From Candidatus Poseidoniaceae archaeon (GTDB lineage: Archaea > Thermoplasmatota > Poseidoniia > Poseidoniales > Poseidoniaceae): a stretch of DNA of 64,000 nucleotides. Below the pieces are notes generated by a model. The model saw nothing but the letters and a program-made list of their open reading frames with translations. It was not told the origin of the DNA and did no database searches. Both the position numbers and the translations under genes were made by a program. The DNA lies in assembly GCA_965662895.1 (NCBI GenBank), contig CBFIJH010000006.1:1-64000 (forward strand), written 5' to 3'. Below, piece by piece: positions 28,223-38,096 of this stretch (its first letter is position 1; each line of letters starts with the position of its first letter).

Positions 28223-29224
28223 ATGCCAGAATATCGTTTGCAATCATCCGAAGGAAGAAAATTTGAGTCGGATTCGCTCTCTCTCGATTCCATAGGTCCT
28301 GTAAATTCCTCCGAATTGGTTTGGCTGGATGTCCTTCACCCCAACGATGAATTCAAAACCTTCCTTATCGATGATATTAATGTGGATGAATTGGTCATTG
28401 AGGATGTCTTTGGAGATGCTTCAACAACAACTCAGAGGTTCAACAACCACCGATTCATCACAGTACAGGCAAGGGATGCAGACAACAGGCTTGATACAGA
28501 GTATGTCAATATAATCATCCAAGGCAACCTCCTGATATCATCGCGTACAACAACGATTCCAGCGCTTGATGTATTCTCAAATAGAGTGAAGGAAGCAACT
28601 CCCGAAGAACTATCATTGGGCATCGACTTTTTGCTCTATGAGTTGTTGGACAGCATCGCCGATGATTGGACACCGATACTCGGCAGTTACTCAGATGAAC
28701 TTGATCGTCTCGAATACCAAGTCTTTGATCCATCAGAGAAATACGACAATTTGCTTGAGGGGTTGCATACACTCAAGCGACGTTTGCGTGAAGCATACAA
28801 ATCGATTGAGTCGTTGCATACTGTGCTTCTTCGAATGATGAAGCCTGGTGAGTATCTCATTAGCAAAAACACTGAGCGATATTTTCTCGATACTCAGCAA
28901 CTCGTCACAACACTCGTCAAACGGTGCAACAACTATTCAAACGGAGCGACATCTACCCGCGATACATACCTTAGTCATGTCTCCCTTCGATTGGCAGAAA
29001 GCAATGCACAACTCTCTGAAGTGGTCACAACACTTACGCTCCTTGGTGCGATTATTTTGCCCCTAACTCTGATTGCTGGGATATTCGGTATGAACAACGA
29101 AGACTTGCCGGATGATGCAATCGGAGGATTTTGGGGAGTACTTGGTTTCATGATGATTTTTGCCTTCTTCATATTGGCATACTTTTGGCGTCGTGGATGG
29201 CTGAATGTGTTCAAGAAGGATTGA
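28223..29224 (+). CDS. corA: Magnesium transporter CorA
   Basis: WLDV, FLLYELLD, LPLTLIAGIFGMN, two C-terminal TMs, WRRGWL. Confidence 0.93.
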   Translation: MPEYRLQSSEGRKFESDSLSLDSIGPVNSSELVWLDVLHPNDEFKTFLIDDINVDELVIEDVFGDASTTTQRFNNHRFITVQARDADNRLDTEYVNIIIQGNLLISSRTTTIPALDVFSNRVKEATPEELSLGIDFLLYELLDSIADDWTPILGSYSDELDRLEYQVFDPSEKYDNLLEGLHTLKRRLREAYKSIESLHTVLLRMMKPGEYLISKNTERYFLDTQQLVTTLVKRCNNYSNGATSTRDTYLSHVSLRLAESNAQLSEVVTTLTLLGAIILPLTLIAGIFGMNNEDLPDDAIGGFWGVLGFMMIFAFFILAYFWRRGWLNVFKKD

Positions 29225-29259
29225 GTTGAGTTCAAGAACCTTGGACGTCAAGGGGAAAC

Positions 29260-30507
29260 ATGGACGAAATTGAACCAACTCCTGTTGGCAAGTTTGTCCA
29301 AGCATTACGAACAAGGTTACGCTCAGACGAACGCAATCAACATTGCTTGCTGAGAGGTGAAATCAGTCAATGGAAACCATATCCCTCAGGACACACCTAC
29401 TTCAGTTTACGAGATGATGGTGGTCAATTGAGTGCAGTCATTTGGAAAGGGCGCTGCAGAATTCCTGACGAAGTCAAAGATGGACAGGAAGTTCTCGTCA
29501 TCGGAAGTGTTGATCTCTATCCGGCTCGGGGTCAATTGCAAATCGTTGTCGAGCGAATCGAACTCATTCAAAAAATCGGTGCTTTGGAGCAACAAAAACA
29601 AAAACTTCTGCTTCAATTGCGCCAAGAAGGAGTTCTTGAACGACCGAGAATGTCCCTTCCATCGTTCCCAAAGCATCTCGTTATCGTCACGGGAAAAGAT
29701 TCCGCTGCGCTCGCGGATATGTTGCAATTATCACAGTCCAGATGGCCAGGTATTCGAACAACTGTCGTTGGCGTTACAGTCCAAGGCGACCGTGCAGCAC
29801 AAGAAATTGTTCGTGGCCTCGCAGTTGCACGAGAACTTAGTCGAATCAACATCGCAGATTCACTTAACATTCCCCCGTGCGATGTTGTCATTGTCGGTCG
29901 TGGGGGTGGCTCTCCAGAGGATTTGTGGGCCTTCAACCTCGAACCAGTGGCACGTGCCATCTCTGCCATGCCAATACCTGTCATTTCAGCAGTAGGTCAC
30001 GAATCAGACATTCTCGTCAGCGATCTTGTTGCTGATGTACGCGCCTCGACTCCGAGCCATGCTGTGGAATGCTGCGTGCCTTTGGTCGATGATCACCTTG
30101 GTTACCTAACCGATTGTGAAGACCGTATGATGCAAGGGTTGCTTCGTCAATTTAGCGATGCCCGCCAGCGATTGCAACAACTCACACTTCGATTGCAACT
30201 TGCTCCAAGCAAGGGTGTTTCACAAGCAGTACGGCATCTTGAACGGCTCGGGAGTGACCTCTACCAGCGAACAAACTCGGTGTTGCAAAACCAAAAACAG
30301 CGACTTGCTGTTCTCGAAAATGCTTTGCAAATTTCACATCCAAAGCGGGTTCTTGAACGAGGTTACATGATGGGTATGGATGGTGAAGGAAAGGTGATTT
30401 CCAGCGTAGTTGAACTTCGCAAAGGTCAAACCGTATCACTTCAATTTGCTGATGGTGAAGCCGACGCAAACATTGACAACATACGACAACACAGGGACGA
30501 AACATGA
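29260..30507 (+). CDS. xseA: Exodeoxyribonuclease VII large subunit
   Basis: GEIS..SGHTYFSLRD, VQG, RGGGSPEDLWAFN, SAVGHESD, ASTPS, LERGY. Confidence 0.95.
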   Translation: MDEIEPTPVGKFVQALRTRLRSDERNQHCLLRGEISQWKPYPSGHTYFSLRDDGGQLSAVIWKGRCRIPDEVKDGQEVLVIGSVDLYPARGQLQIVVERIELIQKIGALEQQKQKLLLQLRQEGVLERPRMSLPSFPKHLVIVTGKDSAALADMLQLSQSRWPGIRTTVVGVTVQGDRAAQEIVRGLAVARELSRINIADSLNIPPCDVVIVGRGGGSPEDLWAFNLEPVARAISAMPIPVISAVGHESDILVSDLVADVRASTPSHAVECCVPLVDDHLGYLTDCEDRMMQGLLRQFSDARQRLQQLTLRLQLAPSKGVSQAVRHLERLGSDLYQRTNSVLQNQKQRLAVLENALQISHPKRVLERGYMMGMDGEGKVISSVVELRKGQTVSLQFADGEADANIDNIRQHRDET

Positions 30508-30725
30508 CAGAAGAGACGTATTCCGATGCACTTCGACGCTTGGAGGCCATCGTTGCAGAATTGGAACGAGGTGGGATGGATTTAGAAGCCACACTTGAAC
30601 GATTTGAAGAAGGTTCGAAATTGCTCGAACGATGTCAAGCGGAGTTGAAAGAAGCTGAAGGCCGTCTCGAAAATCTGCGTCTACCTGAAGCAGAAGCGAT
30701 GATTGAAGAGGCGAAGAAAGAATGA
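30504..30725 (+). CDS. xseB: Exodeoxyribonuclease VII small subunit
   Basis: YSDALRRLEAIVAELERG.MDLE...FEEG..L...C. Confidence 0.93.
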   Translation: MTEETYSDALRRLEAIVAELERGGMDLEATLERFEEGSKLLERCQAELKEAEGRLENLRLPEAEAMIEEAKKE

Positions 30726-31018
30726 ATCGTTTGCAGAAGAAACTTCAGCGACGTATCGTCAAAGCAATGGGGAATTGGCAGGATCCTCATATGGACAAAG
30801 CATTAACGGAATCAACCTATGTTCAAGCCGTCGACATCTCCGAAGATGGAAACGTTCGGATTCAATACAACCCTTCACGACCACATTGCCCATGTTGTCT
30901 TATTGATGCGCGGGCTTTACGCCGCCATCTTTCGGAAATCAAAGGCGTCGTCTCACTTCAACTCGACATTGTTGACGTTCCAGCATCGGAACGATGGTCA
31001 AGACTTGTTAACGATTGA
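30722..31018 (+). CDS. DUF59/SufT/PaaD-like Fe-S assembly domain protein
   Basis: DP..., PSRPHCPCC motif; ATGA coupled to xseB. Confidence 0.7.
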   Translation: MNRLQKKLQRRIVKAMGNWQDPHMDKALTESTYVQAVDISEDGNVRIQYNPSRPHCPCCLIDARALRRHLSEIKGVVSLQLDIVDVPASERWSRLVND

Positions 31019-31824
31019 CGCCACTGCAAATAGACGTAGGCTGGAATGGTCCAGATGAGAATTGAAATCAGCCATGAAACAATCGATCCACCTACGGGAC
31101 CAAGCATTGGGAACAAAACGATGGCAACAACTGCATACACGCCAACACTCGCCCCACCGAGCATCATCGGCCCTGCAGCCCCTTGAGGGACATCTTGTCC
31201 TTGTGCAAGCCATAATGCGATCATTGAGGTGAGGAAAATCGCAGGAAAGGTACTGATTAATCCAGATACGAACGGATAGGAGAGGCTTGAGAACCAAACA
31301 GCAATTCCAATCGCCAATGCAGCAGCAGAACCACGTAAAACCAGAACTACTGGTCGAACAGAGCGGCTACCTCTTGGTGCTGAACGCGATGTCCATGTCG
31401 TCCATACACCAAGCAGAATGAGAAGTCCAAGTCCTGACAAGGCAAACAGGAACGCATCAATCCCTGATGATTGCAACTCACTCGAACCAAGGAGCGCAAG
31501 ACTACCAACAACCGACCATGCAACCAAGGAAAGAATGGTGGTTCCAATCAGAGACAAACCCAGCCTTTGAGGCGCATGAATCCATACCAAGAGAAAGATC
31601 GCATTGACCATCATTCCGAATGGGACAATCGACATCGATTGTGCGAATTCAGCCTCACTGGAGATGCTGTACATTCCAAAAGCAGCTGGGACGATGGTCG
31701 TTGGAATTGTTGCAAGAACGCCCCCAGTACGTCCTCCAAATTTTTCAATTGCAATGGTCACGAGCGTCGCAACGATTCCCGCAAACAATGCGGAAAGAAG
31801 AATTGACGCAATCAACATGGTCAC
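30958..31824 (-). CDS. Hypothetical multi-TM membrane protein (internal two-fold repeat)
   Basis: GGVLATIPTT / SGLISTFPAI paired halves, about 9-10 TMs. Confidence 0.8.
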   Translation of the reverse strand: MTMLIASILLSALFAGIVATLVTIAIEKFGGRTGGVLATIPTTIVPAAFGMYSISSEAEFAQSMSIVPFGMMVNAIFLLVWIHAPQRLGLSLIGTTILSLVAWSVVGSLALLGSSELQSSGIDAFLFALSGLGLLILLGVWTTWTSRSAPRGSRSVRPVVLVLRGSAAALAIGIAVWFSSLSYPFVSGLISTFPAIFLTSMIALWLAQGQDVPQGAAGPMMLGGASVGVYAVVAIVLFPMLGPVGGSIVSWLISILIWTIPAYVYLQWRQSLTSLDHRSDAGTSTMSS

Positions 31825-32606
31825 TCAAAAGGATCGATGTGGACAATTTGTTCAATGTCGATTCGCGAGTACCCACGTTCTCGTGCATTCTCTGCGGCTT
31901 TCATCAACATTCGACGAATCCATCCAAATGCCATCAAGGCGCTGAGTTTGTTGACTGCATCAATGAAAAACATCGGGTCACGACCAAGATTTGCATGTTG
32001 GCGAATGTCGTTTTCAAGTTCCGATACCATATCGCCGTATGTCAGGAGAAGGTCCTCTGCAGCATCATCGGTTATGGCCATTTTTGCGTGCGTTCTCGAC
32101 ATGGATTTGACGTGAGTTATCGTAATAATTCCGCCACCTTGCACCTCAACGCCTTCTTCTTGGTGATGCTCGTCGTCTTCATCTTCAGATGATGCTCCTT
32201 TTCCCATTGAATGCAAAGCGATTTCCAGATGGCGTGGTTTGATGGTTGAAACTCGATCTCGGCCTGCCGCTTCTTCGCAGTGCCGCATGATTCTGGCTAA
32301 GAATTTCTCAAGGTGCTCGATGCCGCCTTGAACGGCTGCCGATCCAACTGATTCAACGTGCTCGATTCGGTCAATCATCAATTCACGAGTGCGGTTGTAA
32401 TTCAGTCGTGTTCGTTGGGCATCATCAAGCGTTTTCCGCTCAGCATCATTGTCAAGTGTGGCAGCTTCCATCGCTGGAACAAGACGGTCCAGTTCTTCAC
32501 AGACAAGCGAAACAAGGCGGTCTTTGACTGCGCCTGCAATTCGCATTGAAGTGTACGTTGATGCCACAGAACCGATGTGACTAGGAGCGTATGGCTTTGC
32601 GGGCAT
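31821..32606 (-). CDS. Multi-histone-fold protein (tandem histone folds in one chain)
   Basis: L2-like motifs ERKTLDD, DRVSTIKPRHL, RGYSRIDIEQI; L1-like MRIA, ESVG, MAIT each preceding long amphipathic helices; start set at ATG 32606. Confidence 0.72.
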   Translation of the reverse strand: MPAKPYAPSHIGSVASTYTSMRIAGAVKDRLVSLVCEELDRLVPAMEAATLDNDAERKTLDDAQRTRLNYNRTRELMIDRIEHVESVGSAAVQGGIEHLEKFLARIMRHCEEAAGRDRVSTIKPRHLEIALHSMGKGASSEDEDDEHHQEEGVEVQGGGIITITHVKSMSRTHAKMAITDDAAEDLLLTYGDMVSELENDIRQHANLGRDPMFFIDAVNKLSALMAFGWIRRMLMKAAENARERGYSRIDIEQIVHIDPFE

Positions 32607-32655
32607 AAAGCGCCCTCGAATTCCACCTCTTTGAACACACCGAGACGCAGTGCTC

Positions 32656-33912
32656 CTACCATTCAGTAAGCCAAGGCCATGCCCCATCAGCAGTAATTGG
32701 CCGCATACCGTCTTCATCTCGAATCCATGTATCTTCCGAACCAATACTCCCTTCGGCATAGACGAGTTTCGGCTCGATTGCCATTGTACCACCAATCGGT
32801 AGCGGCCGGTCAAAGCCTGCTGCAACGACTGGTGATTCATCAAGTTGCAATCCAACAGAATGACCGAGGAATTTTGATTGGTCTGGTTTCATCCCCATGA
32901 GGTGCTCTTCATGTCCAAGTTCATGTGCAAGTGCTTGACCTTCTTGCCAAGCCTCGCTGCATAGACCTCCTTCATCGAGAACGCCTACAACGGTTTCCTT
33001 GACAACTATCATGTCTTCCAATCGCTGGTGCCATTCTTCGGACAATGAGCCCAAAGTGAACATCCTGGTCATGTCAACAACGTAGCCACGATGAACGTGG
33101 ACCAAATCAACAAGAACGGGTTCATTGGGCTTGATTTTGTTAAATCCGGAACCCATTCCAGCAAGAGGATGTGGTCCTGAACCTCCGACAGCTGAATCGA
33201 AGAAGGATGGGACACCGCCTGCTCGACCTGAAACAATGACGCCTCGGTTGCATTCAAGGGGAAATCGACGCATCTGAACTTGCCCACCAAAACCTTCACT
33301 TCGACTGATAGCTTCAGCAGCAGCAACAAGATCGAGTTCCGAAACACCTTCGCCTCCAAGTTGGGACACGGCCTCAAACATCCTGAATTGAACTTCTGCA
33401 CCGTAAGTCATCTGTTCTTGTTCCCAAGAAGATTTCACTTCCCTTAAACGATGAATGATGCCTGTAACGTCCTTGCAGTCTCCAAGGGAAGAAAGCGCTG
33501 ACGCAAATCGTTGTGCAAACGAAGAAGGTAGTTCTCCGTATTGCAAACCAGGCGCATTGGAAACACCTCGTGATTTCAAAACATCTGCAAATTGACTCAG
33601 CCGCGGGAAGCGTTCAAGTTGGAACGGTGCGTTGTCTCCACCTGCCTCAAATCGGGCACGTTCAAGAGAACGGCGGACAAAGAAAACGGGGCCGTCTCCC
33701 ACTGAACCTTCAGCTGGTACGAACAACGACCCATCTTGACGCCCTCCTGCAAAATAATACAAGTCGACGGGGTGCTGAATCAATGCGCCTGGTAATGCAG
33801 CGACCCGAAGGGCACTTGCAAGCCGTTTCAAACGGGCTTCAAGTTCAGAAACAGGTACGCGCCAATCTTCGCCTTCCGGCCCGGAAAGAATGGTGGTATC
33901 CCAATCGCCCAT
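32656..33912 (-). CDS. M24 Xaa-Pro peptidase family protein
   Basis: LREVKS, DLV..GYVVDMTR, GHSVGLQLDE, AIEPK, GSEDT. Confidence 0.9.
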   Translation of the reverse strand: MGDWDTTILSGPEGEDWRVPVSELEARLKRLASALRVAALPGALIQHPVDLYYFAGGRQDGSLFVPAEGSVGDGPVFFVRRSLERARFEAGGDNAPFQLERFPRLSQFADVLKSRGVSNAPGLQYGELPSSFAQRFASALSSLGDCKDVTGIIHRLREVKSSWEQEQMTYGAEVQFRMFEAVSQLGGEGVSELDLVAAAEAISRSEGFGGQVQMRRFPLECNRGVIVSGRAGGVPSFFDSAVGGSGPHPLAGMGSGFNKIKPNEPVLVDLVHVHRGYVVDMTRMFTLGSLSEEWHQRLEDMIVVKETVVGVLDEGGLCSEAWQEGQALAHELGHEEHLMGMKPDQSKFLGHSVGLQLDESPVVAAGFDRPLPIGGTMAIEPKLVYAEGSIGSEDTWIRDEDGMRPITADGAWPWLTEW

Positions 33913-33958
33913 GCCCTACCTCCAGTGTCGTTATTGAAAATCACTGCGCCTGTCGCAG

Positions 33959-34921
33959 TCATCCAGCCACAGGTTTTGTTTCGGTCAATTCGTAAGCAGG
34001 AGTTTGCTTGATTCGTTCTTCCGCAATCCGGCAGTATTCGGAGGACAAATCAACCCCAAAGTATGTTCGCCCTGATTGTTTCGCCGCAACACATGTTGTT
34101 CCAGAACCATTGAACGGATCGAGAACAACATCACCTGCAAACGTGTACATCTCGATGCATCGGCGCGGAAGTTCGACTGGGAAAGGTGCAGGATGATTGA
34201 CGCGACTCGCCCGTTCCGTTGCAAATCTCCATATCGATTTCGTATGATCAATGAATTCCTGTTTTTCGATGGTATCGATTCGCCCGTTTTCTCGTTCGCT
34301 CTTCGATCGTGGCATCTTGTAGTTTCCTTTGGAAAACACGAGCAAGTATTCGTGAATGTCACGCAGACAAGGATTTGATGCACTTTGGAACGAACCCCAC
34401 GCACACGATGAACCAGCACTTGCAGATTTGTCCCAAATGATTTCACCACGCATCAAGAAACCAAGATTGAGCATGATGTTGTTGATGTATGTCGAGAGTG
34501 GGATGTACGGCTTCCGCCCGAGATTGGCGACGTTCACAACCATGCGTCCACCCGGCGAAAGAACGCGATAACATTCCGAAAACACTTCCTCGAGCAAGTG
34601 AAGATATTCGTGCAGAGACAGATCATCATCGTACACTTTCGATGCATTGTAGGGAGGAGAAGTGACAACCAATTGGACGCAATTGTCTGGGAGCGGCAAA
34701 GAACGAGCGTCTTGTTCAAGGACGACATTCTCAAATTGTTGGGGAAATTCCTGAGGTGATCCAACATCACGACTTGATGCAAGATTTGCATTCATTCGGC
34801 TGTTGTAGTAGGTTGAGGAATCATGGCTTTCTCGTTTTGAGACGCCAAAGGCAGACGTAGCAGTACTCGCACGTTGTCGAGCACCTCCAAGCGAGGAAGG
34901 ATCCTCGGAACGTTTGGCCAT
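33959..34921 (-). CDS. Orphan site-specific DNA methyltransferase (N4-C/N6-A, beta class)
   Basis: VTSPPYN before HPAPFP and VLDPFNGSGTT. Confidence 0.92.
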   Translation of the reverse strand: MAKRSEDPSSLGGARQRASTATSAFGVSKRESHDSSTYYNSRMNANLASSRDVGSPQEFPQQFENVVLEQDARSLPLPDNCVQLVVTSPPYNASKVYDDDLSLHEYLHLLEEVFSECYRVLSPGGRMVVNVANLGRKPYIPLSTYINNIMLNLGFLMRGEIIWDKSASAGSSCAWGSFQSASNPCLRDIHEYLLVFSKGNYKMPRSKSERENGRIDTIEKQEFIDHTKSIWRFATERASRVNHPAPFPVELPRRCIEMYTFAGDVVLDPFNGSGTTCVAAKQSGRTYFGVDLSSEYCRIAEERIKQTPAYELTETKPVAG

Positions 34922-34994
34922 AACCACAACAACGTTGGTTGACTTATCACTTTTCGCGCCTTTGTCCTATATCAGACGCGCGTTTTGCAACCCA

Positions 34995-35324
34995 TCAATA
35001 GGCTCCAATCATTGCACGAGCTCGCTCGATAACATCCTGAATTCCTTCGATTGGTAACGGCTTTGTCCGTACAAAGCGAAAGGTACTCTTTCCTTTGAGA
35101 TAGGATTCCATGGATTGTGGACGAATATGTGGATGGTAGTACATCGGCAACACGTACAGTCCAACGTGCGATTTCTGAATTCGTAGGGTGATAAACGGCC
35201 TACCTGATGGCGTTTCAATTCTCCAATCTCCGGGTTCATCAATGATCACTGGCAGTCCGTCACACAGTGGCTGAATGATTTGTTTCGCTTCTATCCAACA
35301 GGAGAGGAGAGACTCGTTCTTCAT
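34995..35324 (-). CDS. Hypothetical protein (DUF1801/YdhG-like)
   Basis: QKSHVGLYVLPMY...GKSTFRF pattern. Confidence 0.65.
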   Translation of the reverse strand: MKNESLLSCWIEAKQIIQPLCDGLPVIIDEPGDWRIETPSGRPFITLRIQKSHVGLYVLPMYYHPHIRPQSMESYLKGKSTFRFVRTKPLPIEGIQDVIERARAMIGAY

Positions 35325-35416
35325 GTGGCCACTATGTTGGACTTCAGTGGATATCGGACAAAAAGAAATCGATGAAAACAATAGGAATGAAAAACTCTCT
35401 CCACGTGGGGGAATCA

Positions 35417-36679
35417 ATGGCGAACGTCCTTACTCTTGACAACATCAACGTCGAGGGAAAAACCGTCTTGGTTCGCGTCGACATAAACAGTCCATTGGAC
35501 CCATCAACGCGTGCCTTTCTCGATGATACCCGCATTCGTGCTATCCTACCAACCATCAACCGCTTGTCCAAGGCAAAAACCGTCCTCATCGCTCACCAAT
35601 CACGACCGGGAAAGAACGATTTCACCAGTACGCTGGGTCATGCCCGTGAGTTGGGACGTCTTCTTGGACAACCGATCAAGTGGGTACAGGACATTCATGG
35701 CGAGAAAGCCATGAAAGCGATTGAAGCGATGAATGATGGCGACATCCTGATGCTCAACAACGTTCGAATGGACGCTGAAGAAGTCGGTGCGAAAGGCGAC
35801 GCTCTCGCACTTTCAGAGACTTCACTGGTCCAAGACTTGGCGAGTGTAGCCGATGTCTTTGTCAACGATGCTTTTGCATGCGCACATCGTAATTCCCCCA
35901 GCATCGTTGGGTTTTCTCATCATCTACCGTGTGTCGCAGGTGAATTGATGGCGCATGAAATTCGACAACTTGATCTCGCACTCGATTCACCTGCACGACC
36001 ATGCATCGCTGTTTTGGGTGGAATCAAAGTTGACGATAGCATCGACGTTGCGCTAAACATGCTGAACAATTCTATTGCGGACGAAGTATGGTTGACGGGA
36101 GGAGTTGCGAACCTTGTGATTCATCTCTCAGGTCACGACATCGGTGAAGGAAACGTCGAATTCCTTCAGAACGAATTGAAAGATGCTTGGGAGCCTACCG
36201 TCGATTCTGCGAAATCACTTCTGGCCACATACGCTGACAGAATCGTCCTCCCGGTTGATGTAGCAGCGAATGTGGAAGGGAACAGAATAGATTTGAAGCT
36301 CGAAGAATTGCCCATCCATGCTCCTTTGTTTGATCTTGGCTTGGATTCAATTCGTGCCCTTTCGACACGTATCAAAGAGGCTGGAACCATCATTCTCAAT
36401 GGCCCTGCAGGCGTATTTGAGATTCCTGATTTTGCATTGGGGACCATCGAAATGTTGAGTGCCTGTGCGGAAACCAATGGATATGCACTGATGGGTGGAG
36501 GCCACACTGCAACGTTGGTGAGTCAACGAGGCATGGGCGATAAAATGGGGCACGTATCGACCGGTGGTGGGGCGTGTTTGGACTACATCGCAGGACGAAC
36601 CCTCCCTGGAATTCACGCTCTTGAGTTGAGTGCACAACGGTATCAATTGGAAATTACACCCATTCTTCACGAAGAATAA
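35417..36679 (+). CDS. pgk: Phosphoglycerate kinase (archaeal type)
   Basis: VRVDINSP, AHQSRPG, NDAFACAHR, LGGIKVDD, NGPAGVFE, HVSTGGGA. Confidence 0.97.
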   Translation: MANVLTLDNINVEGKTVLVRVDINSPLDPSTRAFLDDTRIRAILPTINRLSKAKTVLIAHQSRPGKNDFTSTLGHARELGRLLGQPIKWVQDIHGEKAMKAIEAMNDGDILMLNNVRMDAEEVGAKGDALALSETSLVQDLASVADVFVNDAFACAHRNSPSIVGFSHHLPCVAGELMAHEIRQLDLALDSPARPCIAVLGGIKVDDSIDVALNMLNNSIADEVWLTGGVANLVIHLSGHDIGEGNVEFLQNELKDAWEPTVDSAKSLLATYADRIVLPVDVAANVEGNRIDLKLEELPIHAPLFDLGLDSIRALSTRIKEAGTIILNGPAGVFEIPDFALGTIEMLSACAETNGYALMGGGHTATLVSQRGMGDKMGHVSTGGGACLDYIAGRTLPGIHALELSAQRYQLEITPILHEE

Positions 36680-36681
36680 GG

Positions 36682-36754
36682 AGCCACAGGGGAGACTCGA
36701 ACTCCCGACCTTCTGATTACGAATCAGACGCTCTACCAACTAAGCCACAGTGGC
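36682..36754 (-). tRNA. tRNA-Thr (CGU)
   Basis: Reverse complement GCCACTGTGGCTTAGTTGGTAGAGCG-TCTGA-TT-CGT-AA-TCAGA-AGGTC-GGGAG-TTCGAGT-CTCCC-CTGTGGC-T. Confidence 0.93.
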
Positions 36755-36836
36755 GTAGACCGAGGGCATGAACGTATGGTCATAATTCCACCGATTCAAA
36801 CACTAGGCTCATGAAGAAGCAGAAGTAGGCACCATC

Positions 36837-38096
36837 ATGAGCGATGATGCAGCAGTGCGCTACACCAACACCGTCCTGTACGATGATCATTTCAACAAAA
36901 TGGTCGGTGACGTACTGCTTCACAACGATGGTTCATGGTCAAGTTCCAACGGTGATGAAGACGTTCTTGAAGAAATCGATGGTTCAAATCGCGTCATCAC
37001 TCGTTCACTCCAGAACTGGCACACGCATCTCGCCATGCAATTGAATGCTCGAGACTTCAGTGATGGTTATCCATTACATCGATGGCTTAATGAGGCTATT
37101 TTTCCAACTGAATCTCGCATTACACCGGACTTTGTTCGAGTAGGAACCCGTGCCGCTGCTGCAGAAATGATTCGTACAGGCTCAACCTTTGCCGCTGACA
37201 TGTATTTCTTTCCAGCTGTCACTGGAGATGTTCTCACGAAGGCCGGGCTTCGAGGCCTCATTGGTGGCCCAGTGAGTGATGCCGCGCTTCCCTCGCATGA
37301 TAATGTTGAATCCGCACTTGCAGAACTTGACCAACTTCTTGCACAAAACAATCCCGATGATTTGGTGCAATACGCCATTGCCACCCATTCAGTGTATCTT
37401 TGTTCCAAGGAGACCTTGCAACAGGCAAGCGATCTTGCGCAGCGACGGAATGGTCGTCTTCACATTCACGTAAGTGAAACCAGAAAAGAAGTCGCAGATT
37501 GCAAAGAAACGAATGGATTGTACCCCGTTGAATATCTCGAATCGCTCGAATTTATCCAGCCCGGTACCATTTTCGCTCATGCTTCTTGGGTGAAGAAAAA
37601 CGAGATTCGAATGATGGCCGAACACAACGTAACCGCTGTTCATTGCCCCTCATCCAACATGAAACTTGCATGCGGAGGTACGCTCTCCTTCCCACCATAT
37701 CGTGATGCAGGCGTAGATATTCGTATCGGAACTGACGGAGCAGCATCAAGTGGAAATGGATTAAATCTCTTGCATGAGGCACGTCTTGCAAGCCTAGTGC
37801 AGCGTCATGACCACTGGGACGCAACGCTTCTTCCAGCAAAAGAGATCTTCAAGATTGCAACCAAGGAAAGTCTGGACTGGGTCGCTTGGAATCTTGACGA
37901 CATTCGAATGCGTCCACGAGGCCGCTCAAACAATCGCCACCTTGCAAATCTCGTCTACAACGGCGGTGATTGTCTCGACGTACTCGTCAACGGGAAGTTT
38001 CTGCGAAAGAATGGAGCGACGAAAACGCTTGATGAAAGACAAATTCTCGATGATTTGGATCAAGCGGTTCATACATATTACGAAGATGTTGAGTGA
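36837..38096 (+). CDS. Amidohydrolase (MTA/SAH-deaminase-like)
   Basis: NWHTH, HSVY, HIHVSET, HCPSSNMKL, GTDG. Confidence 0.88.
   Translation: MSDDAAVRYTNTVLYDDHFNKMVGDVLLHNDGSWSSSNGDEDVLEEIDGSNRVITRSLQNWHTHLAMQLNARDFSDGYPLHRWLNEAIFPTESRITPDFVRVGTRAAAAEMIRTGSTFAADMYFFPAVTGDVLTKAGLRGLIGGPVSDAALPSHDNVESALAELDQLLAQNNPDDLVQYAIATHSVYLCSKETLQQASDLAQRRNGRLHIHVSETRKEVADCKETNGLYPVEYLESLEFIQPGTIFAHASWVKKNEIRMMAEHNVTAVHCPSSNMKLACGGTLSFPPYRDAGVDIRIGTDGAASSGNGLNLLHEARLASLVQRHDHWDATLLPAKEIFKIATKESLDWVAWNLDDIRMRPRGRSNNRHLANLVYNGGDCLDVLVNGKFLRKNGATKTLDERQILDDLDQAVHTYYEDVE

Noticed and set aside
32607-32855. N-terminal extension of the histone-fold ORF in the track
   Set aside because: Overlaps the M24 peptidase in another frame; ATG 32606 is the plausible start
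36347-36739. ORFs overlapping tRNA genes (also 11271-11465 and 45492-45734)
   Set aside because: Spurious translations of tRNA sequence and antisense coding DNA
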